A stretch of DNA of 64,000 bases, from assembly GCA_000004985.1 (NCBI GenBank), contig GG738865.1, one strand, 5' to 3'. This DNA comes from Naegleria gruberi. Its lineage: Eukaryota. Numbering within the stretch: the first letter of the stretch is position 1; every line of letters starts with the position of its first letter. This document shows, one piece after another, positions 11,724 through 24,615 of the stretch. A model generated the notes under the pieces. The model did no database searches. It was not told the DNA's origin and saw only the letters and a list, made by a program, of their open reading frames with translations. The position numbers and the translations under genes were made by a program.

Positions 11724-12629
11724 ATGACAACTACAAATTATTACAAGACAAGTAATACCTCTAGAAGTGGATCTACCAAACAATCACTTTGTGTTGGAGC
11801 TACTTCAGGAATTGGAAAAGGAATTGCCTTGAAATTGGCCTCTCAAAATATGGATGTTTCAATCATGGGACGAAATGCACAAGCTGGAAAGGAAATTATT
11901 GAGGAAATGAAGAGAATTTTCCCACAGGGCAAATTTGAAATGATTCCAGTTGATGCATCTTCAATGAAGGACATTAAGAGAGTTTGTGAGGAATATAAGA
12001 AGAATCACAATCGATTGGATTATCTAGTTCTCTCGCAGGGAATTTCCAGCATGGCTGGAAGAACAGAGACAAAAGAAGGAATTGATGTCAAACTAGCTCT
12101 CCATTATTATGGAAGAGTCATGTTTGTTAGAGAATTACAAGATTTATTGAGATCAACTCTAACTATTTCTTCAGATGTGAGAGTGTTAACTGTTTTATCG
12201 GCTGGAATTCATGGAACCTATACCAATTTGAATGATCTGGATTTGAAAGAAGATTTCTCATTGAAGAATGCTGCTGATGCTGCTGGTTTTTACAATGACT
12301 TGGCCATGGATCAATTGTCCAGAGAGGAAGGAAATGAAAATATTTCATTCATTCATCAAGCTCCAGGATTTATAGCCACTCAATGGGGTCGTGAATTGCC
12401 AACAGCTGTCAGATGGATTATTCGTGCAGTTCAGAAATTTGCAAGATCTACAGAACAATGTGCAGAATATTTGTTTAAGGGTTTGACAGATGAGTTAACC
12501 AAGAAGGGCTTCCATGTTTTAAATCAATATGGTGAACCAACCTCAGTTACCAAGGATCATAATGAAATGTACAGACAATATATTTGGAAACACACTTTGG
12601 AATTATTGCATAAGGCACTTGGAAAATAA
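11724..12629 (+). CDS. Short-chain dehydrogenase/reductase (SDR) family oxidoreductase
   Basis: Rossmann motif GATSGIGKGIALKLA near the N-terminus and SDR-like length (about 300 aa). The true ATG at 11724 is in frame with the track ORF that starts at 11673 on a non-ATG codon. Confidence 0.8.
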   Translation: MTTTNYYKTSNTSRSGSTKQSLCVGATSGIGKGIALKLASQNMDVSIMGRNAQAGKEIIEEMKRIFPQGKFEMIPVDASSMKDIKRVCEEYKKNHNRLDYLVLSQGISSMAGRTETKEGIDVKLALHYYGRVMFVRELQDLLRSTLTISSDVRVLTVLSAGIHGTYTNLNDLDLKEDFSLKNAADAAGFYNDLAMDQLSREEGNENISFIHQAPGFIATQWGRELPTAVRWIIRAVQKFARSTEQCAEYLFKGLTDELTKKGFHVLNQYGEPTSVTKDHNEMYRQYIWKHTLELLHKALGK

Positions 12630-12862
12630 ATCCTTCTACATCATTGAAATACTTGGATTTGCCTCCACCAAAAAGTACCATATCCAATCCATAGGCTTAA
12701 ATGAGCAAAAACGCTTGCAGAAACTCTTTTACCAGCTTTCTCGAGTAACAATGTTAATGATTTTTTTTTAAAAATGAATTTCGATCTGTAAAAAATACCC
12801 AAAGCGACAATAAGGGAGAAATAGTAAGGCAGCCCCACACTAGAAAAACAATAAGGACAAGA

Positions 12863-13387
12863 ATGAAGAAGAGTTTGAATCGATCAGATATTGTTAGACA
12901 AAATTCCTCCACAACAAATGGGAGAGGAAACAATAATACGTATTCTATGGATCCGAGGAGAAGAACATCATCTCGGAACAATCAATCTCAAATTCTATCA
13001 GCCAAGGCAATAACAACCCTTGCAGAGAATATGAAAAATCTACAACCTCCTAAAACCAATGTAAATACATTTGATGATGAAATTAATGCAAGGTTAATGC
13101 AATTAGAAAGAATGGCCAAAGAATTAAATAATGAAAAGCCTCTTGTTGAACGGTTTTCAAAAAGATTTTCTGAAATGAAAGAACATATTGATAAGGAGAT
13201 GGGATCTAGAGTATTACGGATTGAATCATTGGATACAAATATTTCCATGTTGAAGAATGAATTAAATTATACAAACAAATTGGTGGAAAGATTTGCCAGA
13301 GGATTGGAAAAGTGTTTGGAAAAACATCCATCAATGATTCCCGAAAATATCGAAACTAAAAACAAGAAGGAAATTACAGATGAGTAG
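12863..13387 (+). CDS. Hypothetical coiled-coil protein (174 aa)
   Basis: ATG at 12863. Heptad-like charged region (NARLMQLERMAKELNNEKPLVERF...). No recognisable domain. Confidence 0.45.
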   Translation: MKKSLNRSDIVRQNSSTTNGRGNNNTYSMDPRRRTSSRNNQSQILSAKAITTLAENMKNLQPPKTNVNTFDDEINARLMQLERMAKELNNEKPLVERFSKRFSEMKEHIDKEMGSRVLRIESLDTNISMLKNELNYTNKLVERFARGLEKCLEKHPSMIPENIETKNKKEITDE

Positions 13388-13494
13388 TTTGATTTATTGA
13401 GGAATTTACTTAGGAATAATTTAGGTTTTATGTGATGAAGTACAATTTCACCACAAAAAGATTGGAAATTTACACATTGTGGATTCTGTCAGAT

Positions 13495-14217
13495 CTACTT
13501 GTTGAGGTTAGCCCATTGACCAAGAATAGTATCAGCAACACTTAGGTCCTCTAATTGTTTGGAAATGTCAAACTTTTCAATGATTTCTTCTGCTTTTTTG
13601 ATTTCTTCTCTCTTCTTGAATAAGTGTTGAAGTGAAAAACCTCTCTTTTCTGCTGGATTAATAGAGGATCTAGAAGCTGAGGAAAGAACAGAAGGTCTCT
13701 TTGGAGACATCATTCCAAAATCTTGATGATCCAAACCAAAAGCAAAATCCAATTCTTCTTCTGACATTTCTCCCTCTGAACTCTTTTCAGTACCAAAATA
13801 AAAACTGCCATCGTCTGAACATTCCGTGAATGTATATTCAGTATTTTCAAAGTTTTCCTTGTTTTCTTGTACTGCTTTCTTTCTAAAGATTAATCTTTTG
13901 AGACGTTTCAAATTTGATGTTTCACCACCTTCAACTGATTTTTTAGCAATCTTATCTAAAAGCTTCTTAACGGAAGGGCTGTTAAAATTCAATCTCTTCT
14001 TCTTTTGTGTGGAAGCCTTGTTGGCAGACTTTGGTGAAAACTTGGTAATTTTGGCAGGTTGTGGTGTGGAGAAGGTTTTACTAAATCTTGAAGAAGGAGA
14101 GGCAGTGGTAGTACTACCTCTGATTGAACAATTTGGAGAAATTACAATTGGTGAAAGTGGTGATCTGGCAGAAGACTTTCTATTCTCTTGTTGGTCTTTA
14201 GTTGGTGTAAATTTCAT
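13495..14217 (-). CDS. Hypothetical S/K-rich protein (240 aa), probably a nuclear or basic protein
   Basis: ATG at 14217 (minus). Clean ORF with S/T/K-rich and acidic patches. No recognisable domain. Confidence 0.45.
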   Translation of the reverse strand: MKFTPTKDQQENRKSSARSPLSPIVISPNCSIRGSTTTASPSSRFSKTFSTPQPAKITKFSPKSANKASTQKKKRLNFNSPSVKKLLDKIAKKSVEGGETSNLKRLKRLIFRKKAVQENKENFENTEYTFTECSDDGSFYFGTEKSSEGEMSEEELDFAFGLDHQDFGMMSPKRPSVLSSASRSSINPAEKRGFSLQHLFKKREEIKKAEEIIEKFDISKQLEDLSVADTILGQWANLNK

Positions 14218-14404
14218 CTTGTTTTTAATTAGTTATTTTTTTTGATGTGATTATTGACAGTTTCTGTTATTTAATATTTTTGAAATTATTAATTTAACGG
14301 TTTTTGGCGGGTTATCACAAATCACCAACAAATACTGAAAGAATACAATGTAAACAGCCATATCATCAAACAATTAAATATTTAGATTAAAAAGATTTTA
14401 AAAT

Positions 14405-17400
14405 TTAATTAGTTGTTTCTGATGGTTGTGAGGCCAATTTTTCTTCAACAAATTTGTTCCATCTGCTTGATCGTTTTTCTTTGGCAGATTTGGAAATTGG
14501 CTTGCTTTGTCTGAACATTAGGTCCTCGGTGTCTTCTACAAAGTAAAGCTTAAGGGTGGCTATACATATTTTACACTCTAGTTTGTTACGAATGAGTAAA
14601 TCGTGTTGGGACTTCTTGAGTAAAACTTGTTTCTTGTTTCTTGCAAGGTAAACACTTGATTGTTTTAACAAATCAGCAGGAGGTGGTGTTAATAAAAATT
14701 CTTGAACGTAGCGCAGAGCCTTGTTTTCAGCTTCCAACTTTTCCAAGTCCATTTCTGGTGGATCAATTTCATCAATACGAGCTTTTTGTGCTCTCTTGTT
14801 AAATTCAAGAATATAACAAACTTCATCTCCGATGAGCTTCTGAACATTCAGTCTGTAAGAATTGTCCAAAAACTTGTTAACTCTTTGAAGTTCATATTTA
14901 AATGGTTCCAAATAATCGACACACATTTGTTTGTAATCACTAATCATTGTGTAAACATGCTTTTGGAATTCAACAAACACTCTATCAAAAGTGTAAACAA
15001 TATATGAATCATATCCAAGAAGTTTCTTACAGTCCTCTTCATATGATGTTGCTGTTCCCAAACCGTTTAAGAATCTGATCATTAGTATTATAAATTGTGA
15101 ATATAATTCATCTGGTGTCTCTGGATTTGTATCAATTTCCATATTATCTGTTACAGTTGTCATTTCTTCAATTGCCTTTTCTCTTTCCTTCTCTTTTCTT
15201 TCATTGTTGAAAGCACTCTTCTCCAAGAGGGTATCGTGATCTTTCAACACACTAGCAGTATCTTGGTCTCTCTTCTTAGATTTACTTGCTCTCTTACAGG
15301 CTTCTTTAGCCTTGGAGAGTTTTTCATAGAGAGAGCAGTAATAACGGAAGAAAAGGAGAAAGTGTGAGTTCGCATAGAACAGGTTATTTCTTAGTTTGTT
15401 ATCCTTGGTAAGTTGTTGTTCTACAATTGGAGGGAATTCATTAGTGGAAGGTTCAGTTGTTGAAGTTTGAGCAAATAAATCTGTAAAGTAGACAATTGGA
15501 TTAGAATTAGGTGATTCACCTTCTGGTACTTCCTTGATTGATTCATCATAACGTTCAACTTTTTGGTATTCAGAAGCAGATAAATCAAGGAAAGGAATCA
15601 AAAAGTCAGACCAAAGTTGGTTGATACTGGAAATTTCTTCTTCAGTTAATTCATTAGTTAAATTAATTAACATGTAATAAATATCATTGTGAATGCTCTT
15701 ATCTGGGAAATCAAATACCAAAGGTCTTGAATATTCGTGTCTTTGTTTGATATCTTTGAAAATATTCTTAAAGTGGAGACGTTTCTTTTCAATAGTCTTG
15801 AAAGTATTATATTGACTTTCCATTGCTTTTTGGAAATTCTTTTCATAGATATCATGCCAAAATCTGTTCAATTCCTTTCTGGCCTTTCGCCATTCTTCAT
15901 CTTTTTGTTTAAGTCTCTTATAGACAACAGGAATTGCAACAGTTGGATTCTTTCTTAACCCTTCAAGAATATCATTACCCTTATCGGCATAAATTCTATT
16001 AATTGTAGCCTTGTGGATATCTTTAAGCATATCAATTCCAAATGTAATTGGTTCATCATTATTAATCTTTTCCATGAATGAAGTAAAGAATTTAATTGTT
16101 GAGACATTTTGTTCAACAACAATATCTAATTCTGTTCTATCATCCTCACATTGATAAATAATTTCATCATATTGGCTCTTCTTTTGAATATCTCTACTTT
16201 CTTCACTACCAGCTGGAACGGAAACAAATTCATCATTCAAGACTTGATGGCACAATTCTGTTCTCTCCGAACAAATTGGTTCAGAGTACTTTTAACAAGA
16301 GATTAATACAACATGTAAAACATTATGTTACATACATTCTTACTTTGAAGTCTATAGCTAGGACCGTAGGTATATGATTTAGATGATTCACTAGGTGGTT
16401 GTGGTCTTTCTCCTCTCTTTTGCAAATTCTCATCTGTTTATATTAAATGTCATATATAAAAACAAAATTAGTTAGTAATTATGTAAAAATTAAAAAAGTG
16501 TGAATTTACGTTGAGAAATATTCACAAGGATGGTGTCAATTGTGTTATGATGTGATTGGATGATCTGACCTATTGTATTTGTAGAAATTAATCTTTTCAA
16601 CTTCTTAAATAAATCTGAATTCTTTCTAAGAGCTTCATTTTCACTAATCATATCTATTAATTCACTTCTATCAATGATATCCGTAGTATACAAATTGATG
16701 GCCTTAAGTATTTGATTATATTCATGAATACCCAATCTTTCTTTTAGATCGTTAAAGAATTGTGGAGATTCTATATTATCATATAAAAAAGAATTAGTGT
16801 TATGTGTGTGTGTGTAAAATGTGTGAGAATAATGTTGATGTTTACCTTCATAGTAATCAAAGTCTTCCAATTGTTTTGATTTTGCTGTAATTCTTGATGT
16901 TCTTCTCTTCTTGTCATCTCCTGATGGTGTTGATTGACTTTGCTATTATTGTTATTATTGATCAATTCAATGTTATGAATTAAAAATACAAACCTTCTTG
17001 ACCTTTCTTGTTGGTTTCTTTTCAACCGGCATTGGTAAGAATTGAGCAAATTCATGTAAAAGATCATTGTGGTCTCTGAATAACTCGGATACTTGTTCGT
17101 AAACTTTCTTAATTGTTGTTTGCTGTTTTTGGTAATTATGAAGTATATCTAAAAATGATTTGTATGTTGCAGGACTATCAGCAAACCTCTTCTTAATTTT
17201 AGTTACGTATGAGATAGCTTGTTCGAAATCAATACTTCTTTCACTTCTTGTTGTGGCAGGTGGAGTAGAATCAGTTTTAGGAGTTGGAATCGTAGGTATA
17301 GGAACGCGAGGTGGAGGTGTTGGAGTGCTTGCCTTCTTCTTAACTTCAACTTCATTGTTTGTATCCAACTCAATCTTGTAACCAGGTGGAAGGAATGAGT

Positions 17401-17848
17401 TAAAACCTAGAATAAGATGAGTATGAGTTTTGAACAATTCAGAGACCTTTTGAATGACGCCAGGTGTATCAATTCTGTTAATAATAATATTATTAAATTT
17501 AAAATTAATTTTCATTGTATTGATGGAACAGCAAAATTAATCACAACTCAAAACTTGATTACTTACATATGGTTTTTGAACTCCTTCATAATCTCTAAGA
17601 ATCTAGCATATACGTGTGGTTCATTTAAATATGTTCTCTTTACGAGATCTAGATATGCGAGGGCATCTGATACTCGAAGACTGTTGACATTTAAGCTTCC
17701 AAATCCATTCCAATACTTACGCTTGTTGATTATTATTAGGAGGAGGAGGTGTTGTTGCAGAAGAACTTGTTGGTGTTTGCACCTTTGGTACTTTAGTTTT
17801 TGGGTTGGCATCATCTGCTCCAGGACCTTGTGATGATGTTCTCTTCAT
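14405..17848 (-). CDS. SIN3: Sin3 transcriptional corepressor (PAH1, PAH2, PAH3, HDAC-interaction domain, Sin3 C-terminal region). Multi-exon with at least 5 introns in the 5' half.
   Basis: Exon 1 is 17848..17721 (MKRTSSQGPGADD...). A 40-nt intron at 17681-17720 (GTAAGT...AACAG). PAH1 LRVSDALAYLDLVKRTYLNEPHVYARFLEIMKEFKNH. A 92-nt intron at 17475-17566. PAH2 AISYVTKIKKRFADSPATYKSFLDILHNY...EFAQFLP. The PAH3 exon lies in ORF 16490-16870. Two further introns of about 76 and 47 nt (GTATGT) precede the large 3' exon, whose product is ...KNYSEPICSERTELCHQVLNDEFVSVPAGSE...IYADKGNDILEGLRKNPTVAIPVV... The last exon is ORF 14405-16255. Confidence 0.9.
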
Positions 17849-18302
17849 TTTTTTAAATTTGTTTTTTAGGGGATTTTGTTTTTCTTACGCGCCACAAAGA
17901 TTATTCTTCTGTATGTCGCTTTCTTCTTGGGTTAAAGCTTTTTGAAATCAATATTGAATTTCAATAATCTTTAAATAATATTATTGAGGAATGAGTTTCA
18001 GTAAAGGTGTTGGTGTTGTATTGGAATCAATTCAACCGTTTTTTTTTCCACTGTTGATGTGAAGAAAATATTCGGATGATTGGAAACAATTGATCGACAC
18101 ACAAAGAGGAATCAAGCCAACTAAATGCACACAGTGGAAATTATTTTGGAATGATTTGATAAATAGTTATTGGAAAGAGGCTACAATCTTCTTTTGGCTT
18201 TTCTGTTGAGAGAGAAGATTTCTGAGAGTTGAGCGTGTTATTTTATTCGGGCGTGTTTCATTTCATTGGTTGTATGGGCAATTACAAAAATTTTCAACAT
18301 TA

Positions 18303-18322
18303 ATGATTGGTCAGCCAATCAG
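18303..18322. promoter_or_regulatory. Inverted pair of CCAAT boxes (TGATTGG tcag CCAATCA) in the divergent Sin3/ArfGAP intergenic region
   Basis: Perfect 7-bp inverted repeat containing ATTGG/CCAAT seen directly. It lies about 455 bp upstream of the Sin3 ATG (minus) and about 690 bp upstream of the ArfGAP ATG (plus). The CCAAT box is the NF-Y/HAP consensus. Confidence 0.35.
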
Positions 18323-19013
18323 CATAGTGAGTTGTAAAAATTTTAGTGTTTGTGTACTTGCTGTTTCACTGTGGATGGGATAGGAACTTGTTGTTTCATC
18401 GCTTAGGTCTGTTCCTTCCTTGATTGAGTTGATGAAAGATTCCTTTTGGGTACAGTCGTTGAATTAATTCTTCCTACTGATGATGGAATGAAGTTTATTC
18501 TAAAAACTGCATTTGCTATAGAAATTAATATAATTAAATATCTATTAAATGATCTTATTCTCATCTAGATTGAAGAGAATATTCAGACTTTCATAAAGGA
18601 GGCATCAGAAATTATTAATTATCAAATAATCCATCGCTTGCTCTTCTCCTCACTGCCAGCTCTTTCACCTAGCACAATATTCATTATATTAGTTGTTTTC
18701 TACTGTTGCTTCTTTTATTGACAAATGAATTATTAGTAAGGCATGTTAATGTGATCATATTAATCTAACTGTACAACTGAATCATCATGCAACAACGATA
18801 ATATTAATTCCTTTTCCTTTCAATGAACTTGTCCTTCACTCTTAAAGCTTGTCACTCCTTCAGCTATATTTCAGTGTTTGGGCACAACAATTTAAAACAG
18901 AAGAATTGTCTTGGACGTCGAACATCAAATCGGACCCTACTCATCAAAAAAATTAGCAATTCAACACTTTAGGGATTCTCTGTGTTATCGCATACTTGAA
19001 TAAACAATAGAAA

Positions 19014-20148
<1,135 letters not shown>

Positions 20149-20267
20149 AAAAAAATCAATCCTCAATCCATCCTGTCTATTCTCATCTGAGGTGAGCTTC
20201 TGAATGTTTTTATTAAATATCAAAATCTAGTGCTGATATTTTCAAAAATTCCAAAGACTGAAAAAAA

Positions 20268-22810
20268 ATGCGTCTCTTTCCACAAGCCAAAAAAACCCCG
20301 CTATGGTATGTGTTGAAATACGGCACAATCTTTATGATCCTGATGGTGATGATTGGGTGGTTTGGTCGTTTTGGACCCCTCGTTTCGGATGATCATCACT
20401 TTCGAACATCATCAAAATTATCTTCATCATCATCAAAATCGAGGTCAACGAGTAGACATTTATTGACCACCACATCATCAACAATAACAACACCAAAAAC
20501 ATCAATTAATTTATTTGCAAAGAATGATGATGATCAACAGGATAATAATAATATTTCTGCTGGAGGTTCTGGAGGAGATTCTGATGGTAATTCGAAAATT
20601 TGTCACAAAGTATCCGATTATAAATTAGACCAATGTAAATTTGTTACAGAAAATTGTCCAAATCCAATGGGAGGTGGTATGATTAATTATTTATGGTTTA
20701 GATATTGTGGATTGCAACAAGCTCCTTGGCTTTTCTTTGTGCTGTCAGTTGTTTGGGTGTTAATATTATTTTACATGTTGTCAAATACAGCTGAAGAAAA
20801 CTTTTGTCCTGCTCTTACTGAAATTTCAAGAATTTTGAGATTGTCACCGGATGTTGCTGGTGTGACATTTTTGGCTTTGGGAAATGGAGCTCGTAAGTTT
20901 CTCTTAAATTTTAGTTATTAATTTATTCGAATGTTTCTAATGTAGCTGATATTAGTAGTATTGTTGCTGGTGTTTTCTCTGGTTCGACGGGTTTTGGTAT
21001 TGGTGAACCAATTGGTGCAGGTACATTTGTAAGTTGTTTGTCAGATATTTTCAATAACATTTGAAGGTCACTAGCATGGTCATGTCAGCTGTGAGTTTAT
21101 TTTCTGATGCCAAAGTCATTCCATTCCCATTCTTGAGAGATGTTATTGCTTATTTGATAAGTGTAATTTATGTTATGGTTATTGTTATGGGAAATGGTTC
21201 AATTAATTTATGGCAAAGTATTATGTGTCTTGTTATTTATGCTTTATATGTGTTGTTTGTCATTCTCTCAAGAACTGTGATTACTCAGTATGAAAAATTC
21301 AAGAAGAGAAGAAGAGATAGAAATCATGCTATGAGTATCAATGAGGAAGATGAAGTATCAGATGAAGAAGATGTTGGAGGTGGATGGAGAAGTGGAAAAG
21401 CACCACTCTTTGAAACTCAAATTAATAAGATTTCTGATTTGACAGATGAATTAAAGAAGGAGATTATTGAGGAACAAAAACATAATGTTTTTGGAACAGT
21501 CTTCTTCCCAAAGGTTGGTATTTACCATCGTCACAAAACTACAGAGCAACCAACATCAGTTAGAGAGCAACCTCCTATTTTTGGTCGAGATGAATTACCT
21601 TCTAATAGTGCTCTTATTGTAAAGAGTATTAAACATGATGAAACCCTCCCTATTATTAATAGAGATCAAGGAGAACTTCCATCGAATAGTGCTTTGATTT
21701 CACATGCTTCAGGAGTAGAAAAGAAATCCACTTTTGCTAGTTCGGGTTCTTTAATTATTTCTGAACATTTCTCATTACCAACCGAGGATACATCATTAAT
21801 GCACACAGAAGATGAAAAGAACTTTATTGAAAAAGCTAAAACCACTCTCAGTGAAGGTTTTGAAGGATTTAAGGAATGGATTGAATGGGACGAGAAGTCA
21901 ATATTTTCCAAGATTTTCTATATTGTATTTGAAGGATTTACAGTATTTATTAGAAACTTGACTATTCCAAAAGCTGATCCAAACGACTGGAGCAAGTTTC
22001 TTGCCTGTGTTTCAATGGTTTTCATTCCACCATTTGTTTTATTCAGTGTTGGAAGTAAGTTGTGAAATATTTGCCTGATTCTTAACACTATTCTTCTTTA
22101 ATAGGCATTACATTGATGATACCTAATTCTAATTTCCCAGTTGCTATCTTGTTATTAATTGTTGGTATTATTTTGGCTACGATTGTCTTTTTCACCACAA
22201 AGAGATCCAAGCCACCAGTTTACCATTTGGTATGTTTTTATTTAACAATATGATATTTAAGAAATCAGTTCTTTGTAGTTTTGGCATTTATTATGTCAAT
22301 TTTGTGGATTTATATTATTGCAAATGAAATGGTTGACTTGTTGACATCTCTAGGTGTTATTGCTCAAGTTTCTGATGCTATTCTTTCAATTACCGTACTT
22401 TCATGGGGTAATTCACTGAGTGATATTGTTGCTGATGTGATAATTGCAAGACAAGGATTTGTGGAAATGGCTCTTGGCGGTGTTTGTAAGTATTAACCTT
22501 ATTTAAATATTTTAATTTCAATGTTTTTATTTAAGATGGTGGACCACTTTTGAATTTATTGATTGGTTTGGGTATTGCAACAACTGCATCAAACATTATG
22601 AATCCAAAACCATTCGAATTTGAACAAAACGTTACTGTTTATGTTTCATTCTTCTTTTTGCTTGCATCCTTACTGTCTTCCTTAATTGTTGTTCCTCTTT
22701 GCAAGTGGAAATCACCTAAGATTTTTGGTATCTTTTTGGGTGGTCTCTATTTGAGCTATATGATTGTCAGTGCTCTTGTGGAAACAAAGGTTCTCTTCAG
22801 TGCTAACTAA
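20268..22810 (+). CDS. Sodium/calcium exchanger-family (CaCA, NCKX/CCX-like) membrane transporter. Multi-exon; introns at about 20893-20945, 21029-21066, 22055-22104, 22230-22268, and one before 22540.
   Basis: Two alpha-repeat signatures: LALGNGAPDISSIVAG (exons 1/2) and LSWGNSLSDIVADVIIARQG. Multiple TM segments. A central acidic/hydrophilic loop of about 250 aa. C-terminal GGPLLNLLIGLGIA. Splices checked for GTAAGT/GTATGT donors and frame continuity. Confidence 0.8.
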
Positions 22811-22928
22811 TAAAAAATAATTTATTACTTTTTGAGATTCAGGATCGCAAAGCATTCAACTTTACAATCTTATTTCGTGACAATTTAATACCAATCCACC
22901 AAATTAATTTCAACCATTGAAAAATGAA

Positions 22929-23903
22929 TTACCTGAACAACATATCTGATACAAACAAGGCAACTGTAGTACCAATGGTTGTGGCAAGATTATTTTGAAG
23001 ACCACGGAAGAAGCCTGCAACTCCTTCCTCCTTGTAAGTTTTCTTGAAACAATCAATAGCATCTTTGTAGCAGCGTTCACTTTCCTCTTTGTCTGCTTGA
23101 GCTTGCATCTTTCTTTCAACAACTTCAAATGGGAAACACAAAGTCAAACTAGCCAATGCAACAAATTGACCGGTAAACAATCTAGTAAACAATCCAAGTG
23201 CATCACGATCATATGAATATGGATTAATAACTCTCAATAAATCATATAGAGCAAAGTATGAAATTCTGTAAACCAGAGTTTTTACAAGAGCCACAGAAAA
23301 TCCAGAATAAATACCAGCAATTCCATTAGGTCCCTTAACAGTTTTCTTAATAACATCCAAAGCTCCAGTATATTCTCTTTTTCCAATAGTATCCAAAGCT
23401 AATTTAACTCTACAATATTCCAAAGGTCTAAGACATGTTTGTATAAACGCACTCGTTAAATATCCTCCTCCAATACTACTCAAATAGAATTTTACAAAAT
23501 CCTGATTCGGATTAAATCTCGGAACAATCCTTCTTTGAATAGCAAAAGCAAATGGATTTAAAAAGAATTGAATAATACTCTTCATCACATCCAATGGATA
23601 ACCTCTCCAAACAGATAATATTCCCTGATCTTCAACAATTTTACTCCAAATATCTGCAGACTTATGTAAGCTATACCCATGTAACTTTGGGAGTGCTGCT
23701 GAGGTTTGTAGAATACACCTAGCATTAAACATGGCTGTTGATGGTAATTTTACAAGTGCACTTTCCATGCCAATGCCTGCTAATCTCTTCACTAATCGAA
23801 TGAGAGGATGTTGTTCAATTAAATCACTCTGTGGGTATGATCCGATTATGGACATTTTTTTTAAAGTTTTCTTGGCGCCAAAAAGATTTAATAGTAAGTT
23901 CAT
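22929..23903 (-). CDS. Mitochondrial carrier family (SLC25) protein, 324 aa
   Basis: Three carrier repeats with PLDVMKS and PFEVVERKMQ signature motifs and six hydrophobic helices. ATG at 23903 (minus). Confidence 0.8.
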   Translation of the reverse strand: MNLLLNLFGAKKTLKKMSIIGSYPQSDLIEQHPLIRLVKRLAGIGMESALVKLPSTAMFNARCILQTSAALPKLHGYSLHKSADIWSKIVEDQGILSVWRGYPLDVMKSIIQFFLNPFAFAIQRRIVPRFNPNQDFVKFYLSSIGGGYLTSAFIQTCLRPLEYCRVKLALDTIGKREYTGALDVIKKTVKGPNGIAGIYSGFSVALVKTLVYRISYFALYDLLRVINPYSYDRDALGLFTRLFTGQFVALASLTLCFPFEVVERKMQAQADKEESERCYKDAIDCFKKTYKEEGVAGFFRGLQNNLATTIGTTVALFVSDMLFR

Positions 23904-24140
23904 GATGATTACAATAACAATAAATTACTAGAAAAAAATGGAACAACATCGGACAGCAATCCCTGCCACTGCTGCATCCTCTTCGATTTCCGAAGCACCT
24001 TCTGTTCCCCTGATGACAATGAAATTCTTCCCTTTCTCCCAACTTTAATTTGTTCTTTTTGTTCTACAGTTTTTGCTAGCCCGGTTTATAGTATTTCAAG
24101 GAAACAGGCACAAGATTTGATCACAAATTATACCAAACAC

Positions 24141-24614
24141 ATGTTGAATTGTGGTTTAAAGAAGGTCGAGGAGAGGAATTGGGATATTTCTCATATTTTG
24201 CTCAGGGACTTGACGATTAGTGAAATTGTATTTGCTTCGGATGATGAAGAATCAGATGAAGATTATATTGAGAGTGATTCGGATGATGAAATGGAAGACT
24301 CGGACGCTGAATGTCTTGAGGAAAGATTGGAAAATGATCATGCTCCAGAAATAATAATAGAACAAACGACGAATGATCATGACTATATTATGTTAAAGTT
24401 TAAATTTATGAGTGGATTGAGTTTGGAAGGGAAATTCAAAAGTTCAGATTCTATTCATTTAGTTACCAGTTGGATATCAATCAAAGCTGGAATGCCCAAA
24501 GAATCAATTAGTTTGCGAGTGAATAATCAGATGTTGGACAATAGTTTGACGACAACGTTGGATGAATTGAAAATCAAATCTGGTTCTTTAATTAATTGCT
24601 ACTGTAGAATATGA
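24141..24614 (+). CDS. Hypothetical acidic protein with a C-terminal ubiquitin-like (beta-grasp) domain, about 157 aa
   Basis: First in-frame ATG at 24141. A D/E/S-rich stretch, then IMLKFKFMSGLSLEGKF...ISLRVNNQMLDNSLTTTLDELKIKSGSLI resembling a ubiquitin fold. Confidence 0.45.
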   Translation: MLNCGLKKVEERNWDISHILLRDLTISEIVFASDDEESDEDYIESDSDDEMEDSDAECLEERLENDHAPEIIIEQTTNDHDYIMLKFKFMSGLSLEGKFKSSDSIHLVTSWISIKAGMPKESISLRVNNQMLDNSLTTTLDELKIKSGSLINCYCRI

Positions 24615-24615
24615 T

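Noticed and set aside
16795-16815. (TG)n run and THTHNTN-encoding stretch in Sin3 as a possible 75-nt intron (GTAAAC...ATATAG)
   Set aside because: The segment is a multiple of 3 and reads through in frame. GTAAAC is a weak donor. I cannot decide without transcript data, so I left it as coding linker.
17160-17833. Plus-strand ORFs 17160-17381 and 17417-17833, antisense to Sin3 exons
   Set aside because: They overlap confirmed Sin3 PAH-domain exons on the opposite strand. Their translations are low complexity (G/V-rich, R/C-rich).
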